Shown piece after piece: positions 1-7,975 of a stretch of 27,491 bases of DNA. Every line of letters starts with the position of its first letter. The stretch's first letter is position 1. Origin of the DNA: Halobacteriaceae archaeon (GTDB lineage: Archaea > Halobacteriota > Halobacteria > Halobacteriales > Halobacteriaceae); assembly GCA_042216675.1 (NCBI GenBank), contig JBDGTS010000014.1, forward strand, positions 1 to 27,491. Direction: 5' to 3'. A program made the position numbers and the translations under genes. Under the pieces are notes generated by a model. That model had not been told where the DNA came from. It was given only the letters and a program-made list of their open reading frames with translations, and made no database searches.

Positions 1-1261
1 CGCCGGTGATCTTGATGACCGCGCCGTCGGGGGCGAGGTTGCCGGTGAGGATGCGGATGGCGCCGCGTTCGTGGATGGGGTCGTCGACGGGATGCAGGAA
101 GTCGACGTCGACGTCCGCGATGGCCGGCGGGTCGAGGCGCGCCAGTTCCTCGGCGACGGTGTTGCCCGTCACCGTCTTCGCGTCGCCGTGGAGCAGGTCC
201 GCGTCGAGGAGGGCCTGCAGGACGACGGGAACGCCGCCCACTTGATGCAGGTCGTTCATGAACTTCTCGCCGCCGGGCTGGAGGTCCGCGATTTTCGGCG
301 TGCGGCGGCTAATCTCGTTGAACTCCTCGATGTCGAGGTCGATGTCGGCCTCCGCGGCCATCGCGAGGAGGTGGAGGACGGCGTTCGTCGACCCGCCGAC
401 GGCCACCTGCAGGGCGATGGCGTTCTCGAAGGACTTCTTCGAGAGGAAGTCCGAGGGCTTCCGGCGTTCCTCGACGGCTTCGACGGCGAGGCGACCGGTG
501 CGCCGCGCCACCTCGTAGCGCTCTTCGTCCTCGGCGGGCGGGGAGGCCGATCCGAGCGGCGCGAAGCCGAGCGTCTCGGAGATGGACGCCATCGTGTTCG
601 CGGTGAACATCCCGCCACAGGAGCCCGCGCCGGGGCAGGCGTTGCGCTCCAGTTCGTCGAGTTCGTCCTCGGACATCTCGCCCTGCGCGACGGCGCCGAC
701 GCCCTCGAAGACGTTCTGGATGGTCACCTCGCGGCCCTCGTGTTCGCCGGGCATGATGGACCCGCCGTACAGGAACACGGAGGGGAGGTCGGTTCGGATG
801 GACGCCATCATCATTCCCGGCATGTTCTTGTCACAGCCGCCGAGGGTGACGAGGCCGTCCATGCGCTCGCCGAAACTGACGAGTTCGACGGAGTCCGCGA
901 TCATCTCCCGCGAGATGAGCGAGGCCTTCATCCCCTCGGTCCCCATCGAGATGGCGTCCGAGATGGTGATGGTGCCGAACTCGATGGGCATGCCGCCCGC
1001 CTCGTCGATGGCGTGCCACGCGTCCTCGGCCACGTCGTCGAGGTGGACGTTACAGGGGGTGATGTCGGCCGCGGGGTTCGCGATGCCGACCATCGGCGAG
1101 GAGAGGTCCTTGTCGTCGTAGCCCATCGCGCGGAACATCGCGCGGTGGGGCGCGTGCTCCGGCCCCTCCGTCACCTCGTTGCTCCGGAGGTCCGGGTCCT
1201 TCTCGTACTCCAGTGTCTCCGCCGGTTCCTCGCCCGACGGCTGCTCGGCTCGCTCACTCAT
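1..1261 (-). CDS. ilvD: Dihydroxy-acid dehydratase (3' end runs off the window)
   Basis: Not in the ORF track; translated manually from ATG at 1261: MSERAEQ...DLRSNEVTEGPEHAPHRAMFRAMG...NPAADITPCNVHL...GCDKNMPG...CPGAGSCGGMFTANTMAS...GGSTNAVLHLLA. These are hallmark IlvD motifs. Confidence 0.96.
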   Translation of the reverse strand, partial: MSERAEQPSGEEPAETLEYEKDPDLRSNEVTEGPEHAPHRAMFRAMGYDDKDLSSPMVGIANPAADITPCNVHLDDVAEDAWHAIDEAGGMPIEFGTITISDAISMGTEGMKASLISREMIADSVELVSFGERMDGLVTLGGCDKNMPGMMMASIRTDLPSVFLYGGSIMPGEHEGREVTIQNVFEGVGAVAQGEMSEDELDELERNACPGAGSCGGMFTANTMASISETLGFAPLGSASPPAEDEERYEVARRTGRLAVEAVEERRKPSDFLSKKSFENAIALQVAVGGSTNAVLHLLAMAAEADIDLDIEEFNEISRRTPKIADLQPGGEKFMNDLHQVGGVPVVLQALLDADLLHGDAKTVTGNTVAEELARLDPPAIADVDVDFLHPVDDPIHERGAIRILTGNLAPDGAVIKITG

Positions 1262-1284
1262 GGGTCAAAATTGGCGTGGAGACG

Positions 1285-1290
1285 CTTAAG
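1285..1290 (-). promoter_or_regulatory. TATA-like box (CTTAAG) for a probably leaderless ilvD transcript
   Basis: AT-rich hexamer 24-29 nt upstream of the ATG, the typical haloarchaeal spacing. Confidence 0.55.
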
Positions 1291-1369
1291 TCTCTCCGAT
1301 GTGTGGCCGTTTCCCCGAACCGGTTCGGGGAGCCGAAACGCCCTTTCGGGTCGGGACGCAAGCGCTCGT

Positions 1370-2341
1370 ATGACCGTCCGCGTCTCCTGTGGCGCGCGTC
1401 TCCACTTCGGCTTCTGCAACCTCTCGCTGGCGCACGAGCGCCTGTACGGGAGCCTCGGCGTCGGCGTCGAGGAGCCACGCGTGACGGTGACGGCGGACCC
1501 GGCCGACCGGGTGCGCTGTACCCACCCGGACGCCCGCGCGTTCGCGGAGACGGCCGTCGAGATCCTCGACGTGCCCGGTGCCGCCGTCGCCGTCGAGTCG
1601 GAACTGCCGCGCCACGCCGGCCTCGGGAGCGGGACCCAACTCGCACTCGCGGTGCTGAGCGCCGTCGCGCGCGCCAACGACGTGCCGGCGAACCCAGTCG
1701 AGAACGCGCCGGCACTCGGCCGCGGCGGACGGAGCGGCGTCGGTCTCGCCACGTTCCGGCGGGGCGGCTTCGTCCTCGACGCCGGCCACCCCACTGGTCG
1801 CTTCACGACCAAGCGCCCCTCGCGGGGGAACTGGGACGTGCCGGCCCCCGTCGCCAGCCACGACGTGCCCGATGACTGGCGCTTCGTCCTCGTGACCCCG
1901 GAGACGGACGCCGGCCCGAGCGACGAGACGGAGGACCGGAAGATGCGGGCCGTCGTCGAGTCCGCGAGCCCGGACGTGGCCGACCGGGTGAGCGGCGTCG
2001 TCCTGCGGCGCGTCCTGCCCGCCGTGGTGGAGGGTGACCACGAGCGCTTCGGGGCGGGCGTCGCCGAGGTGGGGCGACTCAACGGCGCGTGGTACGCCGA
2101 CGAACAGGGCGGCGTCTACCGCCCGCCCGTCGGTGAACTCGTGGCGTCGCTCTCCGAGAGCCCCGCCGTCGCTGGCGCCGGCCAGTCCTCGTGGGGACCG
2201 ACGGCCTACGCCGTCACCGACGTAGAACGGGTCGACGCGGCCGAACGCGCCGCACGGGACGCTCTCGGCGCCGCCGGCGTGGACGGCACGGTGCGCGTCG
2301 TCGCGGGCCGAAACCGCGGCCGAGTCGTGACCGGCCCGTAA
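1370..2341 (+). CDS. Beta-ribofuranosylaminobenzene 5'-phosphate synthase family protein (GHMP kinase superfamily)
   Basis: C-terminal part of ORF 71..2341, starting at ATG 1370. Motifs ARLHFG, PRHAGLGSGTQL (GHMP loop), GRGGRSGVG, GGFVLDAGH and GQSSWGPT. Confidence 0.88.
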   Translation: MTVRVSCGARLHFGFCNLSLAHERLYGSLGVGVEEPRVTVTADPADRVRCTHPDARAFAETAVEILDVPGAAVAVESELPRHAGLGSGTQLALAVLSAVARANDVPANPVENAPALGRGGRSGVGLATFRRGGFVLDAGHPTGRFTTKRPSRGNWDVPAPVASHDVPDDWRFVLVTPETDAGPSDETEDRKMRAVVESASPDVADRVSGVVLRRVLPAVVEGDHERFGAGVAEVGRLNGAWYADEQGGVYRPPVGELVASLSESPAVAGAGQSSWGPTAYAVTDVERVDAAERAARDALGAAGVDGTVRVVAGRNRGRVVTGP

Positions 2342-2372
2342 CGCACAAGCCGGGGGCGCGAGACGGGGCCGT

Positions 2373-3212
2373 ATGGACCGGATTCCGCTCGGCGTCTCCC
2401 GACTGGACGGCCGCATCGGCGGGGGCGCCCCCTCGGGGAGCGTCGTGTTGCTCGCGGGCGAGGCGGGCGCGGGCGCCCGCGAACTCATCTACACGACGGC
2501 GGTGATGAACGCGCTCGGCCGGACCGGCCACGACCTGTTGGACCTCTACTACGGCGACGTGGCCGGGAGCGCGGTGTTCCCCGAGTCCGTTCACTACGTC
2601 TCCTTTACCGCCAGCGAGTCGCAACTCCGCCGCGAGATGCAGTTCACGATGGACGACGAACTCGCCGACGCGGGACTGGACGGCGTGGAGTTCGCGGATC
2701 TCTCACAGCAGTATTTCCAGCTCAGTCCCGTCCCGCGGGAGTGGTACACCGAGGCCCACGGCGACATCGGCGACTTGGGCAACTCCTCCGAGCGCCGCGA
2801 CGCCATCGAGGCCCTCGCGGACTACCTCGACGAACACGCGGGCGGGAGCCTCATGCTCGTCGACTCGCTCACGGACCTCGTCGGGGTCCGGGACCGCGAG
2901 GCCATCGACTGGGACGACATCGTCTTCCTGCTGAAGGGGCTCCGCCGCGCCGCCCGGACGTGGGGCGGCCTCATCCTCGTCCACGCCAGCAGCGAGTCGC
3001 TGACCGGGGAACGACTGGGTGATTTGATGTCCTCCGTCGACGGGACGATGCTGTTCGAGTGGGAGACGGGCGGCAACGAGCGTGTGCGCACGATGGTGGT
3101 CCGTGAGTTCCGCGGCGTCCTCTCACAGTTAGAGGAGGAGGACATCGTCCGCTTCGAGACGGAGATTCACGAGGGCGGCTTCGACATCAGCGACGTGCGG
3201 AAGATACGGTAG
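2373..3212 (+). CDS. RAD55/KaiC-like RecA-fold protein with degenerate Walker A
   Basis: IPLGVSRLDGRIGGGAPSGSVVLLAGEAGAGARE; Walker B-like LVDSL; C-terminal RTMVVREFRG...FETEIHEGGF typical of RAD55/KaiC-like proteins. Confidence 0.85.
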   Translation: MDRIPLGVSRLDGRIGGGAPSGSVVLLAGEAGAGARELIYTTAVMNALGRTGHDLLDLYYGDVAGSAVFPESVHYVSFTASESQLRREMQFTMDDELADAGLDGVEFADLSQQYFQLSPVPREWYTEAHGDIGDLGNSSERRDAIEALADYLDEHAGGSLMLVDSLTDLVGVRDREAIDWDDIVFLLKGLRRAARTWGGLILVHASSESLTGERLGDLMSSVDGTMLFEWETGGNERVRTMVVREFRGVLSQLEEEDIVRFETEIHEGGFDISDVRKIR

Positions 3213-3223
3213 ATTGCCGAATG

Positions 3224-3229
3224 CTTAAA
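3224..3229 (+). promoter_or_regulatory. TATA-like box (CTTAAA) upstream of ATG 3254
   Basis: Lies 25-30 nt upstream of the ATG and is preceded by CGAA (BRE-like); supports 3254 rather than 3221 as the start. Confidence 0.55.
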
Positions 3230-3253
3230 CGCCGGGAAGCCGAAGGCGAAGCC

Positions 3254-4051
3254 ATGGCAGAGGAGGGCCCGCAGGCCGACGTCCCCGACGACGTCGGGAC
3301 GTGGATAGACGGCCGAGCCAAGGAGTGCGGGCTCACCCGCGCAGAGTTCCTCCGCGCCCTCGCCGACGCGATGGCGGAGGCGGACGGACCGTTCGCCAGC
3401 CGTGACCGCGTCTCGGACCTCGAAGACGACGTGGACGAGAAGATTCGCGACGTTCGGGACCGCGTCCTGCAGGTGAAACGCGAGGCCGACGGGAAGGCAT
3501 CCGAGGACCACCGCCACGCCGAACTCGAACGGCACCTCGCGGCGACCGACAAGCGGGTGTCCGACCTCGCGGAGGCCGTGGACGACCTCACGGAGCGACT
3601 CGACGACGCCGAGAGCCGTCTCGACGAGGGCTTCGAGAACTACGAGGAGGTCCTCGACTACCTCACCGAGACGACCGACGACCTCAACGACAAGACGCGG
3701 ACCCTCGCGACGGCGCTTCTCGACGTGCGGGAGGGCGTCAAGGACCTCGCTGAGGGGCAGGGTGCCTCGGTGGACCGCCTCGCCGAGGAGGCGAACCGAC
3801 GTGGCGTGCGCAAGGCCGCCTGCGGGGACTGCGGCGCGACGCTGGACATCGCGCTCCTCCGCGACCCGGTGTGTCCCCACTGTGGCGCCACGTTCTCCGG
3901 CGTCGAGCCCAAATCCGGCTGGTTCGGGAGCCACACCCTCGAAACCGGCGAGCATCCGCCAGCGCTGGAGCCACCGGCGGAGGAAGACATTCTCGACGAG
4001 GAGCGCGGCGTCGCCGCCATCGCCGGCGACGGAGGTGAGCCCCATGAGTGA
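3254..4051 (+). CDS. Hypothetical protein: N-terminal RHH/CopG-like segment, acidic coiled coil, C-terminal CxxC...CPxC zinc ribbon
   Basis: WIDGRAKECGLTRAEFLRALA (RHH-like), heptad-like LAEAVDDLTERLDDAESRL, and CGDCG...CPHCG. Confidence 0.75.
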   Translation: MAEEGPQADVPDDVGTWIDGRAKECGLTRAEFLRALADAMAEADGPFASRDRVSDLEDDVDEKIRDVRDRVLQVKREADGKASEDHRHAELERHLAATDKRVSDLAEAVDDLTERLDDAESRLDEGFENYEEVLDYLTETTDDLNDKTRTLATALLDVREGVKDLAEGQGASVDRLAEEANRRGVRKAACGDCGATLDIALLRDPVCPHCGATFSGVEPKSGWFGSHTLETGEHPPALEPPAEEDILDEERGVAAIAGDGGEPHE

Positions 4052-4418
4052 CGACGCGGACGGTGAGGAGGACCCCCTCGGCGGCCTCGCGGACGAGGTG
4101 GCTCGGCGCCGCGAGTCCGAGGAGACGGAACCCGACGTCTTCGACGAGGCGTTCGAGGAGATGGACTTCGACGTGGACAGCGAAGCCGTCTGGGAGCGCC
4201 TCACCGAGGGCGAACGCCCCGAGATGAGTCCCGAGGGCGAGGAGCGCGTCGTCGACAAGCGCTCCTTTTGCCACCGCTGTGAGTACTTCTCCGACCCGCC
4301 GGACATCGCCTGCGGTCACGAGGGGACCGAAATCATCGAACTGGCCGACGTGAACCACTTTTTAGTGAAGGACTGCCCCGTGGTGGCCGAGCGGGACCGA
4401 CTGGAGGGCATGGACTGA
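4044..4418 (+). CDS. Small acidic hypothetical protein with four Cys (CHRC...C...C)
   Basis: ATG 4044 overlaps the upstream gene end and is preceded by the SD-like GGAGGTGA; acidic composition; its stop overlaps the tfs start (TGATG). Confidence 0.75.
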   Translation: MSDDADGEEDPLGGLADEVARRRESEETEPDVFDEAFEEMDFDVDSEAVWERLTEGERPEMSPEGEERVVDKRSFCHRCEYFSDPPDIACGHEGTEIIELADVNHFLVKDCPVVAERDRLEGMD

Positions 4419-4735
4419 TGCGCTTTTGCGGGGACTGCGGTTCGATGATGAAGACGGAGGACGACCAGTGGGTCTGCACGAACTGCGGCGCCACCGAACC
4501 CCGCGAGGACGCGGCGGAGTCCTTCGTCACGAGCGAGGAACAGGACACCTCCGACGTCATCGAGACAGAGGAGGACGTGCAGTTCGAAGGCCAACCCACC
4601 GCCGAGGTGTCCTGCGACGAGTGTGGCAACGACGAGGCGTACTACTACTTCAAGCAGACGGCCTCGGCGGACGAACCGCCGACGCGCTTTTTCAAGTGTA
4701 CCGAGTGCGGGCATCAGTGGCGCGAGTACAACTGA
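4418..4735 (+). CDS. tfs: Transcription factor S (TFS/RpoM-like)
   Basis: Two Zn ribbons: MRFCGDCGSMM...CTNCG and CDECG...QTASADEPPTRFFKCTECG. The acidic DE hairpin is intact. Confidence 0.93.
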   Translation: MRFCGDCGSMMKTEDDQWVCTNCGATEPREDAAESFVTSEEQDTSDVIETEEDVQFEGQPTAEVSCDECGNDEAYYYFKQTASADEPPTRFFKCTECGHQWREYN

Positions 4736-4736
4736 G

Positions 4737-5585
4737 TCACACCACGACCCACGCGACGTACACCGCCAGCGCACCCAGCGCCGTGCTGACGACGGCGTGG
4801 ATGCGCAGGCGGTCCAGCATCTCGTGGGCGTGGCCGCTCTCCTCCCAGTGGGTGTGGACCTCGCTTCCCGTCTCACACCGCGGGAGAAAGTCCATCGCGA
4901 CGTGGAGGAAGATGCCGGCGGCGAAGCCGAAGACGACGCCCTGCGCCGTCGCCGAACTCGGAACCGAGAGGAGACTGACCGTGAGGGCCGCCACCCCGAC
5001 GCCGCTTGCGGGCAGGAGAATGGGCGCGACGGGGCGGCCGTTGCGCACCAGTCGCCGCGCGGCGGCGTAGCCCGCCGGTCCCTTGTGGGAGACGATGGCG
5101 ACGCCGAGCAACGGCCCGAGGTCCGGCATCGCGGTGTAGACGACGCCGATGATGAGGCCCGCGGAGACGGCGTGGGCGCTGAGTTCCGCGACGGTGCGGT
5201 CCATCGGCAACTCGAGGTGGGTCAACCGATGGCCGACGGTGTGGCCCGCGAAACCGACGAGCAGGCCCGCGGCGATGCCGAAGCCGCCGTACCGCGGCGA
5301 GGCGCCGATGGCCTGTGGCACGAGGAAGACGGCGGCGCTCGTCACCATCGCCCCGGCTGCGAGGCCGTAGCCCCACACCAGACCCCGGGGATGCTCGGAG
5401 AGGGTCCGCGACCCGAGGAGCGCGCCCGCCGCCATCGCCGCGAACGCGACCCAACTGACGCCGAGCAGTTTCGGCGTCGGGGCGACGAGGGCGACGTAGC
5501 TGGAGAGGCCGACGAATGCGAGGACGCTCACGGCGGCGAACGCCGTCTCCGCGCGGATGCCGGACCGCGAACCGGTGAGTTGCAT
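4737..5585 (-). CDS. ZIP-family-like divalent metal transporter
   Basis: Multiple TM helices; GLAAGAMV, HAVSAG, HKGPAG, FAAGIFLHVAMDFLP and a His-rich loop (HTHWEESGHAH). Confidence 0.78.
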   Translation of the reverse strand: MQLTGSRSGIRAETAFAAVSVLAFVGLSSYVALVAPTPKLLGVSWVAFAAMAAGALLGSRTLSEHPRGLVWGYGLAAGAMVTSAAVFLVPQAIGASPRYGGFGIAAGLLVGFAGHTVGHRLTHLELPMDRTVAELSAHAVSAGLIIGVVYTAMPDLGPLLGVAIVSHKGPAGYAAARRLVRNGRPVAPILLPASGVGVAALTVSLLSVPSSATAQGVVFGFAAGIFLHVAMDFLPRCETGSEVHTHWEESGHAHEMLDRLRIHAVVSTALGALAVYVAWVVV

Positions 5586-5670
5586 CTGGTTATTAACTAC
5601 AGGAGTTGTTTTAGTAAAGTTGTCGGTGTGCCGGCCGGCGTTTTATGGTCGTGCCCGCTAAGGCCCCGAT
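5586..5670. promoter_or_regulatory. Divergent promoter region between ZIP and crtD
   Basis: AT-rich island. Minus-strand TTTACTAAAA (5609-5618) precedes the ZIP ATG; plus-strand TTTTAT (5641-5646) lies 25-30 nt before the crtD ATG. Confidence 0.6.
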
Positions 5671-7152
5671 ATGGATTCGCTGGCGGACCAGTCAGCCGTC
5701 GTCGTCGGCGGCGGATTCGGCGGCCTCTCGGCGGCCTGCCACCTCGCGGCCCGGGGTGCGGACGTGACGCTCGTCGAGAAGAACGGGCAACTCGGCGGCC
5801 GTGCGAGCGCGTTCGAGCGCGACGGCTTCACGTTCGACATGGGCCCGTCGTGGTATCTGATGCCGGACGTGTTCGAGCGGTTCTTCGGCCACTTCGGCCA
5901 CCGGCCGACGGACTTCTTCGGCCTCGAACGCCTCGACCCGCACTATCGCATCCTGTTCAAGGACGGCGACAGCGTGGACATGTCGGGGGACCTCGACGCC
6001 GTTCGGGACATCTTCGAGTCGTACGAGGACGGCGCGGCCGACGCCTTCGACCGGTATCTCGCGCAGGCCGAGGAGAACTACGAGGTGGGCATGGAGCGGT
6101 TCGTCTACGCCGACCGCACGTCGTTTCGGGACTACCTCTCCCCGGCGGTGGCAAAGAGCGCTCGCGGCCTCTCACTCCTCGGGACGATGGACGACCACGT
6201 CGCGGACTACTTCGACCACCCGAAACTCCGGCAAATCGTCCAGTACTCGCTCGTCTTCCTCGGGGGGTCGCCCCACAACACGCCGGCGCTCTACAACCTG
6301 ATGAGCCACGTCGACTTCAATCTCGGCGTCTACTACCCCGAGGGCGGGATGCACGGCGTCGCGGAAGGCGTGGCCGACCTCGCCCACGAACTCGGCGTCG
6401 AGACGCGCGTGGACGAACCCGTCGAGCGAATCGACCCGTACGCTCGCTCCTTCGTCGTCGAGACGGCCACCGACAGCCACCGCGCCGACGTGGTGGTGAG
6501 CGACGCGCCCTACTCCCACACCGAACAGGACCTGCTGGCCCCCGAGTACCGCCAGTACGACGCCGACTACTGGGACTCGCGCACCTACGCGCCCTCGGCG
6601 TTCCTCCTCTACCTCGGCGTCGAGGGCGACGTGGACCCCCTCGAACATCACACCCTGATTCTCCCCGAGGACTGGGACCCGCACTTCGACGCCATCTTCG
6701 AGAATCCGGCGTGGCCCGACGACCCCGCGTACTACGTCTGTGCCGCCTCCGAGACCGACGACGACGTGGCGCCCGAGGGCCACAGCAACCTGATGGTGCT
6801 GGTCCCCATCGCGCCCGGCCTCGACGACGGCCCCGAGGTGCGCGAGACGTACCGGGACGCGGTGTTGGCCGACCTCGCCGAGAACGCCGTCGACGTGCGG
6901 GACCGCATCGTCGTCGAGGAGCGCTTCTCCGTCTCGGACTTCGCGGACCGCTACAACAGCCACGAGGGGACGGCGCTCGGAATGGCCCACACGCTCACCC
7001 AGACGGCGATGTTCCGCCCGCCCCACCGCTCGGAAACGCTGGACGGCCTCTACTTCACCGGCGCGAACACCACCCCCGGTATCGGCGTCCCGATGTGTCT
7101 CATCAGCGGCGAACTCACCGCCGGCTACGTTGCGGAGGACTATGGCCGGTAG
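5671..7152 (+). CDS. crtD: Carotenoid 3,4-desaturase / phytoene desaturase family (CrtI-like)
   Basis: GGGFGGLSAA FAD motif, FDMGPSWY, GLYFTGANTTPGIGVPMCLISG. Its position upstream of lyeJ-cruF favours CrtD over CrtI. Confidence 0.88.
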   Translation: MDSLADQSAVVVGGGFGGLSAACHLAARGADVTLVEKNGQLGGRASAFERDGFTFDMGPSWYLMPDVFERFFGHFGHRPTDFFGLERLDPHYRILFKDGDSVDMSGDLDAVRDIFESYEDGAADAFDRYLAQAEENYEVGMERFVYADRTSFRDYLSPAVAKSARGLSLLGTMDDHVADYFDHPKLRQIVQYSLVFLGGSPHNTPALYNLMSHVDFNLGVYYPEGGMHGVAEGVADLAHELGVETRVDEPVERIDPYARSFVVETATDSHRADVVVSDAPYSHTEQDLLAPEYRQYDADYWDSRTYAPSAFLLYLGVEGDVDPLEHHTLILPEDWDPHFDAIFENPAWPDDPAYYVCAASETDDDVAPEGHSNLMVLVPIAPGLDDGPEVRETYRDAVLADLAENAVDVRDRIVVEERFSVSDFADRYNSHEGTALGMAHTLTQTAMFRPPHRSETLDGLYFTGANTTPGIGVPMCLISGELTAGYVAEDYGR

Positions 7153-7975
7153 GGCACGCTACCTGCTGACGCTCTCGCGGCCGCGCTTCTGGTTCTACCT
7201 CGCTGGCCCGGTCCTCGTCGGCGTCGCGCACGGCGCGCCCACCGTCGATGCCCTCTTCGGCCCGGCGGCGGTGGCCCTGTTCGCCTACTTCCTCGTGCCC
7301 GCGAACGTCCTCCTGTACGGCGTCAACGACGTGTTCGACCGGGACGTGGACGCGCACAACCCCAAGAAGGCGGACAAGGAGACGCGCTATCGGGGGGACT
7401 GGCTCGTGCCCGCGGCCGTCGCCGTCGCGGCGCTTCTCGGCGTCGGCGTCGCCGCCGTCACGCCGCGCGGCGCGTGGCCGTGGCTCGCGGCGTGGGCGCT
7501 TCTGTCGGTCGCGTACAGCGCTCCGCCGGTCCGATTCAAGACGACGCCGCTTTTCGACTCGGCGTCGAACGGCCTGTACGCGCTCCCCGGCGCCGCCGCG
7601 TACGTCGCCGTCGCGGGCGCTCAACCCCCCGCGCTCGCCGTCGCGGGCGCGTGGCTCTGGACGATGGGGATGCACACGTTCTCGGCCATCCCCGACGTCG
7701 AACCGGACCGCGCCGCCGGCATCACGACGACGGCGACGTGGCTGGGCGAGTCGGGAGCATTCGCCTACGTCGCGGCGTGTTGGCTCGCCGGGGCGGGCGT
7801 CTTCGCCGCGCTCGACCCCCGGGCGGGGGCGCTGTTGGCCGTCTATCCCGTCTTCGCCGTCGGCGTCGCTCGCTCGTCGGTGGCTGTGGACCGGGCGTAC
7901 TGGTGGTTCCCGGCGCTCAACACCGCCGTCGGGGCCGCCCTGACCCTCGGCGGCCTCTGGAGGTTCCATGGCTGA
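7142..7975 (+). CDS. lyeJ: Lycopene elongase (UbiA-family prenyltransferase)
   Basis: SRPRFWFYLAGP, YGVNDVFDRDVDAHNPKK, YSAPPVRFK, HTFSAIPDVEPDRAAGITTTA; overlaps the crtD stop. Confidence 0.9.
   Translation: MAGRARYLLTLSRPRFWFYLAGPVLVGVAHGAPTVDALFGPAAVALFAYFLVPANVLLYGVNDVFDRDVDAHNPKKADKETRYRGDWLVPAAVAVAALLGVGVAAVTPRGAWPWLAAWALLSVAYSAPPVRFKTTPLFDSASNGLYALPGAAAYVAVAGAQPPALAVAGAWLWTMGMHTFSAIPDVEPDRAAGITTTATWLGESGAFAYVAACWLAGAGVFAALDPRAGALLAVYPVFAVGVARSSVAVDRAYWWFPALNTAVGAALTLGGLWRFHG

Noticed and set aside
71-1369. N-terminal 433 aa of the 756-aa ORF 71..2341, an apparent fusion
   Set aside because: It is the antisense shadow of ilvD, open because of high GC. The real gene starts at ATG 1370.
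4623-7169. 848-aa plus-strand ORF
   Set aside because: Arg/Gly/Pro-rich off-frame read-through overlapping tfs, ZIP (antisense) and crtD; not a halophilic composition and no motifs.
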